A DNA stretch of 63,218 nt, filler included, from Choristocarpus tenellus KU-1152 (Eukaryota > Protista > Phaeophyceae), in NCBI GenBank assembly GCA_964200185.2. It is 9 parts of 9 records of this genome, joined end to end, with 100 filler letters (N's around TTAATTAATTAA, not from the genome) between each part and the next. Parts side by side here need not be neighbours in the genome. Positions count along the whole stretch, not along the records: positions 16,884 to 42,006 come from CAXNAD020000190.1; positions 42,107 to 45,324 come from CAXNAD020021457.1; positions 45,425 to 50,549 come from CAXNAD020011790.1; positions 50,650 to 54,853 come from CAXNAD020015716.1; 5 more parts are not named here. One strand, 5' to 3'. Of this stretch, positions 39,487-50,688 are shown in pieces (the first letter of the stretch is position 1; each line of letters starts with the position of its first letter). The notes below the pieces were generated by a model, which saw nothing but the letters and a program-made list of their open reading frames with translations, had not been told where the DNA came from and ran no database searches. The position numbers and the translations under genes were made by a program.

Positions 39487-41220
39487 TTATATATATATAT
39501 TATTATGCCCTCTGACATTTTCAAGATGTGCCAAGGAGGAAACCAATGAAAACTTTCACATATCAGCATAAACCCTAAGGAAGTAAATGTGAGAAACGCT
39601 AATCTATTTGCTATTTTATTATCTATGTTGTACCACTGCCTTCCAGTGCCTCCAATCTACCTATTCCTGCACCCCAGCGTGAGGAGCTAGTGAGGCATCC
39701 CAAGAATCCAAAAAACCCCTCTGTGCTCATCTCCCTGGTGACCCCAGCTTTAAACGAATGAAACGTCTAGACAGTGCCCCACTTGTGTTGTTACTGAGAC
39801 TATTTGGTGTAGGCGGGATTTGACCACCCCTTTCCTGCCACAGCCTCCAGTTCCTCTCCCCCCCACCATGTGTGTAGTTAGCTCATCTAGGAACATTCCA
39901 CTTACTTGCCGAGGTGCCCAAAACTTTCCACCACGAAGGTGTTGAGGTTATAACTACAAGGATCAAAAGAGTCCTCATAGTGGGTGCAATTTTGCACCTC
40001 AGCTGCAGCAGCAGCAGCAGCTACACCATTGCTGGTGGATGAATCTGTAAGATGGGAGGTTGCCTGCACATATGTAAATGTAACATCTAGCAGGAGACCT
40101 TTGTCTAGGTAGGGGGCTGTTCCATTGTCCGCAAGTGCCCTTGCATGGAAGACTAGATCCATGCGGAAATTCCAGTCTACCATGAAGGGGCTGCCGTCCT
40201 CCATGGTGCAAGGGATGCCCATTCCCTTGCATAGTTGGCTGAGGTGTTTTACCATGGGTTTGTGCTGTCACACCTGACCTCCTGCCCTGGGGCAGGTATG
40301 GGCATGTCCGATGTTGACATTTTGCCTCCTGCACCTGGTCACTGCGCACCTGTTTGACAGGGCCTCCTCCCTCCCTAGGCATCTGCTGGCTGTAAGCTTG
40401 AATTCTAGAGGGGGGATCTGGCATGTCAGCTCCAGGGGGTTGTGTCGAGGTCCATGAGTTTGCCCCTTGTCCACACTGGCTTTGGTGGCGTACTAGGGCT
40501 AATAAGGCACTTTCCTTCCCCTGTTGTACTTCACTTGGTAGACCAGCTAGTTGTGTCCAGAAGGGGTCAAAATGGATCCTGTTCAGCAGGCGTGTGATCT
40601 CATGTTGAGCCAATCATTTCTACAAAATCTTCTGAAAGCGTACCTGTATAAAGGAGGGTGTGAATGGACGATCCTAAAGCCTGTACTGTGGGGCTCGCGC
40701 AAACAGCTTGTGCGAAGGACTCGCCATGATGAGGCCCTTGCTGCCTTGCTAGGAGGGTGGGGAGAGTAGCCACCAGTGATCCTACGAAAGCCGCATGTTG
40801 GTGGTGTTTCATAGAGGAGAAGCCCAAGTCCCTCGCACTTGTGGGCATCTGTGCCTGTATTTGTTGGTGGGTCTCTAGGTGAGTAGACCCATTGTTACAC
40901 CCCCCCTCAAAAAAATCAATTGCCTCTGTTGAATCTGCTACCTCCATTGTCTTCTCTAGTGTCCATGATGAGGCATTGTCTGCTTGATCCATGGTGGAGC
41001 GAGCCAGGAGAGGGGGAGAGAACCTTGCAAGATAGCCTAGGTGGGAGGAGAGGGACCAGGAGTTGAGGAGCCAGGCCACCTGTTTGTACTCCATCTCGCT
41101 GGGGTGTGTGCCCAAAGTTCGTGTTCCAGAGCTCTCTATCACCTCGGCCATATGGGCTTGGATAAAGCTATCTGTTCCCACCAGAGGCCCCACTGTGACA
41201 AAACCATCAAGAGCACCAGA
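39487..41220 (-). mobile_element. 5'-truncated RLE-type (CRE/R2-like) non-LTR retrotransposon, frameshifted
   Basis: Post-RT motifs (GPLVGTDSFI; MPTSARDLGFSS; HAAFVGS), zinc-knuckle-like HAHTC, RLE motifs RMDLVF...LLDVT...AAAAE...VVESFGHLG, then 3' UTR, stem-loop and TAA/TA tail. Confidence 0.8.
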
Positions 41221-42689
41221 GGAAGAAGCCCAAGGTCACGAGTTCATGGAAGACATGGAGTCTTCCACCCACCTTGATTCTGACGTGTCTAGTATCGACT
41301 CCACTTCATCCAGTACTATAACACTTGCCAAACGTAGACGTAGATCCCCCCCTTCCCTTCTCACAGATCGCCAGGCAAATGTCAGACCTGTGTCATCGAC
41401 CCTTGAGCATCATGTCAGCTCGGGCGACCGTGACACCCGTCAGGTCCTATTCCAGGACGAACCGGTCCCACCCCCAAGTTCGACTACTTGTGAGGTGGCC
41501 ATTTCACAGGCACAGTTCGACGATGCTGTACCAGCTCATCGCACACCACGTCAACGAGTGCGCAAGAACAAATACCGTGCCTCCTGAATGGCTTCAGGAC
41601 CTGATCAATCTTTAAGTTCGGGAAACAGGCTCCGATCACGTAAGATCCCTTCAACAGAGTAGCAATGTCACACGCTCACCACCACTGTCAGAAGGGAGTC
41701 GTTTCAGGTTTTCCGCTTCAGAAACACCATCTGGTCTTGTCATTACAGGTTCTGGAGAAGAAAATTTGCCACTCTTGTTCTCCAAATGGCACGTGCCAAT
41801 ATTCTTGTATTCTAGTCGGTATGATCCCGCCTCCCCTGAGATGATGAATGCTCGGTGTGTAGAATTTTTACCGAAAATTCTACAAGGACCAGCTGAAACC
41901 TTTTATTTTCAGGCGTTGGCAGGTACAGTAGAGTGGCGTTCAACAAGTGACTTGGCTCGTTTGCAATCGTCTCTTGACACCCCTGTCCCCATTACACCTC
42001 CAAAGANNNNNNNNNNNNNNNNNNNNNNNNNNNNNNNNNNNNNNNNNNNNTTAATTAATTAANNNNNNNNNNNNNNNNNNNNNNNNNNNNNNNNNNNNNN
42101 NNNNNNCTACAAATCAAATACTAGTACTACTACTTCACTTGTATGCATATAGATTATGCCTTCTCTCATTCAGTGACACCGAGAATAAATACGACGACCA
42201 TAAGATAGTAAGTAAAAACTAGTCAGGGCTTGTGTTATTTCCTATTTTTCTATTTTAGAGACTATTAATTACAAATTCAAGATAGAGCAGAAATAGATGG
42301 TTGCTTGTTTGATGTGTGGGTGCTGAGTTGACTGGTGACTTCAAGATGTAGTTTTACACTATACACTGTATTTTAACATTCAATCGTGAAGGATGTGATG
42401 TGCAGATAGTAAACATGCGAACCTTTAACGTCTCACCCACATAATACACGTATACTCCTAACGTTTTCACTGCACATACGTGTATGTTCTTCGTCAGTTT
42501 GATCCAAAAAAGTCCAAAGAAGACTACTATGTCTATGAACATGTTGGAGTATAACTAACTTTTGACATGTTCACAATTTCATAGAGCAGTATACCACATC
42601 GTGGACATAGATGGTCTGGGCGTGCCAGAAAAAGAATTAGGCTGGCGGGACCACGGATATGGTCCGGTATAATTACCAGTAGACATAGT

Positions 42690-42865
42690 GACCCAAAGTA
42701 TCTGGAGGGGGTCTACACCAGGGTTTCAATTTTGACCAAAATCAGGAGAAGTGTATTTTCATTATCCATCTGACGTATGCAACCAAATCACCCAAAAATC
42801 GTGACATGAAAAAATCGACCACAAATGGACAGTCGCCACCCCCGCCCCCCCAGATACTTTGAGCC
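42690..42865. mobile_element. Full-length MITE, related family member with 3-bp TSD
   Basis: GACCCAAAGTATCTGG ... CCAGATACTTTGAGCC, flanked by AGT on both sides. Confidence 0.75.
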
Positions 42866-43173
42866 AGTTTGGACATGGTAGAGAATACTATACCCAGTCT
42901 GGCGTGTGGACAACGACTGGTTCAACACCTCATGGAAATGGACTGGGACAAATTAAATATTTGTAGGGACAGTCCAGTCAGTGAACGAGATCATTTTCTT
43001 TTGTCTAGTTGGTGAAGAGCCCTGTTAGTAGTCAATGTAATATTTTTCCTACAACGTTGTCCTTGTTTAAATTCGTCCAACACTCCAGATTGTTAGGCCT
43101 ACTCGTCCTAACGTGTTCTGATTGGTGATGATTTTTTTACAATCATTTGATCATATTCCATATTTAGTGAGTG

Positions 43174-43252
43174 TTATTGTGCCCTCTGAAATTTTGCAGA
43201 TATGTCAGGGGCAAAACCGGTGAAAACCATTCAAATGTTAGAATAATCCCTA
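43174..43252 (-). mobile_element. Short 3'-terminal fragment of the RLE LINE
   Basis: Reverse complement reads ...cccctgacatatctgcaaaatttcagagggcacaataa. Confidence 0.7.
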
Positions 43253-43774
43253 TTCCTATTCCATCCTTCATCGTTGAGGTTCAACCTCATAATATATTAG
43301 TATGAATATGAAATAGATGGAAACAAGTCGACGGGTTCTTCAGACTGAAGGAGAGCGGGAAGACCCACGGGAGGTCAGAAAATGGAGAAGAGTCAAGACA
43401 AGAGGGAGAGCAATCCCCAAGGAGATCACTCAGGAAAGAGTGAACAAGTGGAACGTGAATGAGGGGGGGCTGCAAGGTCCTTTCAAACCACCTGCTATTT
43501 ACCTTCAACATGCAAAAACAAATGTCCTATGTATAACAGATTCTTCGAGATAGGTTACCGTAGAGGTACATCTTCTTTGGAAGATGGCTCTCACATAACC
43601 CCCCCCCCCCCTATGTGGTTTAATACAGGTATCAAAACCTCATAGGTGTCAGTTGTACGAATATTGTTGAAACTAACAGTAAGAAATGCTTCTGTGTACG
43701 AATTATGTAGAATAATTGATAGTAAAGCAGCAAATTGATAATGTTTTTCACATTTATGACGAATATTACTTTTC

Positions 43775-43857
43775 TAGGGTTTATTCTGACATGTGAATAG
43801 TTTTTGTTGATTTTCCTCTGACACATCTCCAAAATGTCAAAAGGCATAATAATAAAA
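43775..43857 (+). mobile_element. Short 3'-terminal fragment of the RLE LINE
   Basis: tagggtttattctgacatgtgaatagtt...cctctgacacatctccaaaatgtcaaaaggcataataataa. Confidence 0.7.
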
Positions 43858-46724
43858 TATATGTGCACAATAGTTGTGGACCTCCAAGCAACCAATTTGC
43901 TTGTATGGGAAGGAGAGGTCCATCAACATACAGTAGTAGGAGCGTAGTAGAGATCTAATAACATTTCTTGATTGACGCCGATTTTGGACTTGCAGTCAAC
44001 CGTCGAGAAAACATTAATTGCTCCAAGGACATTGAGAAACACGGAGAGTCGAGGAGTGAAGAGTGAGTCATCAGTGAGACGGTAGGTTACTCCAAAAGAA
44101 TTCCCGTGGCTCTGGGTATCGCTGAATGAAGAGAGGCACCTGTGGAACTGATCTCTTGAAAATGTCCCACTCATTCTGCCTCACAGAAGAACATCCACAA
44201 GAATTCAGGATCCTCCTGGCAAGAAACCTCAAATGTTATAACGGTACAAGGTATACTGCAATTAACGGTATGATAACCATTAGCCCCCCTTTCCACATCG
44301 TCCCCGCTTTTGCTACACCTCAAAGCTTTGTATGCATAATTCAGGACCAAGGAAAAGGTGAGCTCTGTGAGCAAAATGGGAAACAGGTGTAACTGTTAGC
44401 GTACTGTTCTTGCATCATTTTAATGCACAACGCCATTGAAATGAAATGAAGTGAAATGCGTGGAATGCATGGATACCTGATTAGGATATCATCAACCAAT
44501 GATAACGTTGGTGGTATGTGATCAGCAGGGCAATCAACCTTGTTTTAGGTCCGAGTGTGTATGGGATCAGCATATCAGCCAGCTCAAATAAGAGTGAGGT
44601 TGATGGTATGTGGTCAGCATAGCACCATGACTCTCGACTCTTGTACAAACAGAAGATATTCAACAATGAGAGAATAAGGAGAGTATACTTTAACATGCCA
44701 ACAACTGTTCGACTAGCAATTTGTAATCTGAACGATTATTAACGATTGTATTTGATATTAATCAACTCACCAATCAACGTCTAAAGGCACATGCGGGCAT
44801 CTACTTGATGAAAATGAACACTTGACGAGTAGACAAAATCAACGGATACACAATGGTGCAAGTCTCCTTCCCACATTCTGGATTGGAAATACTGCTCATG
44901 GCAACAACGCAACATTCCAAGTGTACGCTAGGAGAAGGACGATGTTGTTGGTGTTCAACCCTCAATTCAATACGAGGTGACCGTAGGATCATCACATCAC
45001 CTCAGGGAGATCATTCCACTCAAAGACAACGGAAAAATGTGACTCACCTAGCGACTCATTTCATCCCCATCACTCGCAAAAAACGCACCTTAGTGGCTTC
45101 GTGTAGTAGTAGCTGAATACTTCGAAGTATTACAAGTTGACGATCAAAAGTGTGGGCGATGGAAGTATCCCGCACACACAAAAAGTTCACCAATACTGCA
45201 AAAAATGAAAAACTAACAACACAAGATAATCAAGTCCGTAATGTGAGCATCAGTCTCTTTTCCTCACATTTTTTTTTGTTTTCCATCAGAAAGGTATCCC
45301 ACCATTTCTCTTCTAATGCTTAACNNNNNNNNNNNNNNNNNNNNNNNNNNNNNNNNNNNNNNNNNNNNTTAATTAATTAANNNNNNNNNNNNNNNNNNNN
45401 NNNNNNNNNNNNNNNNNNNNNNNNGTGAAAAACGGACGCCGACACCCCCCCCCTCAAGATACTTTGACCCATTTATTTCAGAGTAAAGGAATGAACTGTC
45501 CATTTTGAGGATGGAATGTTTCACTCCTCTGTGTTATGGTTGTAGAGTGCTGACTTAATTGTCAAGGTGAGGGTCGCTGATGAAAGACTTAGAAGGGGGG
45601 GCATTGGAGAGAGAGAGAACATGTCCATTTTTTTTTTTTCAAACATATGCATTAGGTGCATGTGATACGATTTATTGTGGATTGGCCCAGAAGTTAGTGC
45701 TTTGTGTCCCTGCGTACATCTTACCTGTATGCTTCTACTGCCTGCCTGTGTCTCCTGCTCGGTTGACATCGTGTTAGACTACTACAATGCTACCACAGTG
45801 AGTACCATTTGCTTGAACATGGTAGCATATGATAAGTTGACTGTGCATGTCAACTCTGCCTGCGATTAGCTTTTTTGAAGACCTAAGTTTAGCTCATTGG
45901 TGTATGACAGGTGTTACAAACAACGATGATATCAGTGCTAGTTTTCTTTTTGTTTTCTTAGAGTAAAAGTTTAACTTTCACAGCAATGAATGGAATGTTT
46001 TTGACATCAGAATGGGGCGACGGAAATAATCGTGCCGTCCCTATACACCGATGTCTTCAAGGGACAGTAGTTGGTTACGTTAGGGATAAGATTTGATGGT
46101 GGCAATGAACCAAATACTCTCTAACTATCCTCCCTCGGCAGATGGGTCTACAATTGACTGTCATGGTATGATGTTAACTGTTACTTGGGCAGATAACACA
46201 CACAAAAGATTGGCTATTAGTGTTTTTTCTTGCAAACGAGAATTTGCAATGTATGCCGCATGTTCTTCATTGATATCAAGCTCTAGGAGATGAGATAAAT
46301 GTGGGTGGGCCTAAATGGGCTTGCAGGTTCGTTGCTGAACGGTGTTGAGAAGGAACTAATCTATTGTAATGATTACAGCACTGCATTGCACAGTGGAGGA
46401 ATTATTCAGTAGTAGTGTAAGTCACCTATCTAGGCTCAATAACATCAAGGAAAGGTAGTAATGGAGAACTATGGGCAAAGAGAGGGACCAGAAGTGGAGC
46501 CTATCCATGCATGTGTTTAAGTGAATATTTGACTGCCATAATGAAGCCTGTCAGCAATAAGCAAAATATTTGAGAAGGAAGAAATCACGCCTTCCAGAAG
46601 AATTATGACAAATAATGTGTGAAAATATTTGCATGTAAATTGCGCTATCAACTATGAGAATGTGTGCACCGTGCTAGAATGATGTCCTTACCCAGGAAGA
46701 ATCAGGTAAGGCGCGGTCGCCATT

Positions 46725-47000
46725 GGGCGTCGAGAGTAGGCCCTGTTACACATGTCAACTTCAGCAACCTATTAAGCACAACCCTAGCTTGGGTCAAAGC
46801 GGAGAGGCTTTATTCCGTACGGTAGTTGATACAATCTGATTGGTGAATACAACTTGCTACGGTGTGATAACGCCCGTCAGTAATACGACCTCATCCCTCC
46901 AGTTCTTGAGCAACTCTTTCTAGCGAGTGTACACATCATCACCGTTGGGAATATCGCCTCTTAAAACACGGTCTTGAGATGATTTTTTAGCGAGCGTGAC
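46725..47000 (+). repeat. Dispersed ~280-bp repeat, copy 1
   Basis: Collinear with 49965-50245 (aagcacaac.ctagc.tgg.tcaaa; ttattcc.tacg; tctgattg; aatacgac.t.atccctcca; gagtgtac; tcttgagat). Confidence 0.65.
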
Positions 47001-47504
47001 ATTGTGTCACACTTGGTTAAAATTAAAGTGTTTTGAAAGTGTTTTGAAAGTGTCCAAGACTCACTAATTTCACGTTCTGAACGGTGTTAATGTTGGAAAG
47101 TAAGTGTGTGTCTGTTTACCTTAGGTATTGTATTGTGGCTATAGGCCTGTGTACGTGATACCATATTTTTGTTTCTTGTGATGCAACAGTCATAGTTACA
47201 GCAAAACTCTGGGTCGATCCTTTGTCATCTATCTTTCGGAAGATGCATACTCCGAAAATGATGGCTTGGCATTATTCTTCCTCTTCTTGGCTGGCAGGAC
47301 TCTGTAGCTGTTCACATGTTAATATGGGTAGACCTCAATACTTACTACCCTTAACATGTAAGTTCTGTTACTTGTTGTGGTTCCTCAAAACCAGGAGGAG
47401 TCATCATCTCCTGTTCCAAAGGGTGGGCAGTCTCCCAACTGGACCTCCTCACTGCAGGTAACCCAACCAGGTGATCTTGTATGTGTATCACATACGTGCA
47501 TGCA

Positions 47505-47583
47505 TAAAGCGTACATAATGCATACATACATACATACATACATATAATATATACATACGTATATGCATACATACATACATACA

Positions 47584-47615
<32 letters not shown>

Positions 47616-47658
47616 ATATATACATACGTACATGCATACATACATACATATTACATAC
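47505..47658. repeat. (TACA)n microsatellite
   Basis: Direct reading; explains the MYVC-repeat ORFs. Confidence 0.92.
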
Positions 47659-48488
47659 TTAGAGATGATGCGTCAAGAGAGAACCAAACCAATTGAGAGT
47701 TAGCCAGGATTGAATCATAGGCATTCCAAGAAACGGCAAAATGCCGACATTTTGTACAATCACAGAAAGAAGAGTTTTTGTTTATCTACGGTGTCATTTT
47801 GTGTGTGGAAAGAAGGGAGAATATCAATTTTGCATGCATTATTGTGAACATAAAGCAATGATATAGGGTGTATTGCAGAGGGCAAGAAAAATGAGATAGA
47901 ATGCGAAAGGGGTTCAAACCCGCCTACTTCTCGATTAATTTGGTTCAGAGATCTCTTTCCCTATACTTCTCAAAGCCAACCTTCCTTCTGGCAACTTACT
48001 GATACTAATAATGGATTAACTGTTACCACAGTTAGCTACCAAACGTTTTGGGGATCTACATTTCTTGCCTCACAGGGGGCATGTCTCCTACCACACAACA
48101 GTGCGTGTATGAACATGCACGGTATGCGTCGCTAATGCACTTCAAAGTACATGCATACGTTTAATGTAAATTTAATTTCATGTATGGTGTATGTGTGTGG
48201 GCTTCAAAGTGTTTAATGCATTAACATATTTTATGTACATCGAACTGTGCGTATGTAACAACAGAACTACTGTGGTTGGTTGTGTAACTCTTCTTATTGC
48301 TACTTCGAAGCATGTACATAAGGATGTGTGTGTTGTATGTAGTGTGTGATCTGTTTGGAAAAGTGAAGAATTTTAAGATAGTTCCTGCTCACGAACTCTT
48401 GGGATCCTTCCCTTCTAGAAGTTTCAAGGTCGCTTACATAGTGACACTTTATGAGTGGTTTTCAGTATAGATAGAGTTGTGAACCGGC

Positions 48489-48766
48489 ACCGATTATAAT
48501 CAACTTCATCCATTTAATTAACTGATAGCCGTTTTTTTTTTGAACGATTAGTAGGTGGTTCATGTGTCATACCCATGCGTACACTGCTTCGAAAGTCCTT
48601 GTTTGTATTGCGTGCACGTACGCGAAATTTCTGCTCAGTTTTTTTAGCCTTTGGCAGGGGTCTCTCGCCACTCAGGACGCCTATTCCCGCGCCGTTTGCC
48701 ACCTGCGCAACATTCCTATGACCCGATTAATCACGATTAACCAGTGAGAGCTGAACCGATTATAAT
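48489..48766. mobile_element. Candidate ~255-bp insertion flanked by 12-bp direct repeats
   Basis: ACCGATTATAAT at 48489-48500 and 48755-48766; the interior is CpG-rich relative to its flanks. Confidence 0.5.
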
Positions 48767-49716
48767 TGGAAGTACCAAATCCTTTAGGTTCACAACTCTA
48801 TGTATACATATTTCTTAGTTTTTATTCACAGAAGGTATATTGCAACAACTATTTAATTCCTTCGTATAGTTTCTGTTTGCCAAACCAACTGAGAGGTAGA
48901 CAGGGTTGCATTTCAAGGATCATGAGAAAGGGCAGTAATATCCCATTTTCTACGATTGCAGAAAGAATTTTGTTGAATTGTGGTGTCACTCTATATATGG
49001 AAAGAGAGAATAAAAAATTTGCGTACATTATTAAACATATCAAGCAATGAAATGGAGTGTATTGCACAGGGTATGAAATATAACTTAGAATCCGAAAGGG
49101 TGCAACTACCTCTCGATATTGATTTGACTCTGTGTTTCACAATTGGTAATGTGAATATGTCAAGGCTCGATGGTTCTCTGCACAGGGGCAACGACAACAC
49201 CAAAACTGAACTCTTCCACCACAGAGGTTGATGCCGAGTTTCACAGGTCTTGGCTCAGCATCTCAACGTCAGTTGAGGCAATTCAGAACAGAATAGAAAC
49301 CTCAGTGCATAACAGATGTCACAGAATGACTGAGCAATATCACAGCAGAAAAATCGATCAGTCAGAATAGGAATGCATCTTCATTCTGACCGTCCTTCTG
49401 ACTGTCTAGTCAAATCTGGATCTTGTGGGTGTGTCTGGTTCGTGGACTAGTCGGTATGGGCAAGTTCAATGCTTTTGTTGGGTGTGTGCAAATGTGTATC
49501 GTTGCATGCCATATCCACAAATATTTGTGTGTGAGACATCTCAAAAAGGGACCTGTTCCTGATAGTAGTAATAGCATTACATCCTTGGAAGTAGTGCATG
49601 CAGACAACAGTAGTTTATGTTACATTATGCCTACTAAACTTTTACCGATGTGTTAGGGGAGGCATATAAAACAAAGACCAAAAACTACTTGAACAAGAAC
49701 GTTAGCTATATTAACT

Positions 49717-49789
49717 ATATTGTAGTTTTCATTGGTTTCCCCCTGACACATCTGCAAAATGTCAGAGGGCATATTAATAATATTGTAGT
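49717..49789 (+). mobile_element. Minimal (~55 bp) LINE 3'-end insertion with 10-bp TSD
   Basis: ATATTGTAGT (49717-26) - tttcattggtttccccctgacacatctgcaaaatgtcagagggcatattaata - ATATTGTAGT (49780-89). Confidence 0.8.
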
Positions 49790-49964
49790 CATTGAAAATA
49801 CTGCGTACCATTTATGGTATAAACATTAATAAAATTTGCCGTTTCCAACATGCTTTCTTCTTAAATCATCCCATCATATAAATACACAATGATGAAAATG
49901 TGTACACTCACTAACGTGATGTCCCCCCACAGAACGATTCAGATTGGAGGATGGCCAACAGGTT

Positions 49965-50245
49965 CTTCGTGAGGAGTAGGTTCTGTTGGGCATGCCAATG
50001 CTACCAATCCATCAAGCACAACTCTAGCGTGGATCAAATAGAAAGGTGTTATTCCATACGATAATCAATCGTTGCGACACAGTCTGATTGATTGGTGAGC
50101 ATGACTTGCTATGACATGTTGACATCTACGTCTGCAATACGACTTAATCCCTCCATCATCATTCTCTTTTTAGAGAGTGTACGCACTGTCACAGTTGCAA
50201 AATAATGCCTCGAAAAGCCTGCTCTTGAGATATTTTAGTGCGCAA
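49965..50245 (+). repeat. Dispersed ~280-bp repeat, copy 2
   Basis: See 46725-47000. Confidence 0.65.
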
Positions 50246-50285
50246 CAATCTTTTATATTTGATCAAATGCTAGTGTTTCAAAGTA

Positions 50286-50549
50286 CAGTACCCACACCTA
50301 TTTTATACCAACTATTATGTACCAAACCCATTTTGTACCGTTTGAACCGACATACTAAACAAAATAGGAGTTTGTACCGTAATTCTCGATTTCGGGCGAC
50401 TTGGCACAAACTCCCAGATATATTCACGCGAGTTTGGCGCGCGCGTAAACATTTCTCGCGAAAAGTGCCTTTCTTCCTGAGTCATGACCAGACAGCACTA
50501 CAGTACGTTGCTAGTAGGGGAATAAAGTGGAAGCCATGCCTTATAACAC
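50286..50549 (+). mobile_element. Possible terminus of a young Tc1/pogo-like element
   Basis: TA|CAGTACCCACACC start, repeated TGTACC subterminal motifs, CpG-rich, runs into the contig end. Confidence 0.3.
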
Positions 50550-50688
50550 NNNNNNNNNNNNNNNNNNNNNNNNNNNNNNNNNNNNNNNNNNNNTTAATTA
50601 ATTAANNNNNNNNNNNNNNNNNNNNNNNNNNNNNNNNNNNNNNNNNNNNCACCCACCCCTCCACTAACACACTCAAAAGTGCACTTAC

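Noticed and set aside
26441-41220. ClpB next to RT/integrase as a putative defence or mobile system
   Set aside because: ClpB is an ordinary intron-rich housekeeping gene, and the flanking elements are unrelated decayed transposons.
44060-44130. YPEPREFFWSNL resembling the OSCA/TMEM63 APEP..W.NL motif
   Set aside because: Stop codon a few residues later and no other supporting exons; likely chance.
47351-47645. MYVC-repeat ORFs (also 52658-53210)
   Set aside because: Translations of (TACA)n microsatellites.
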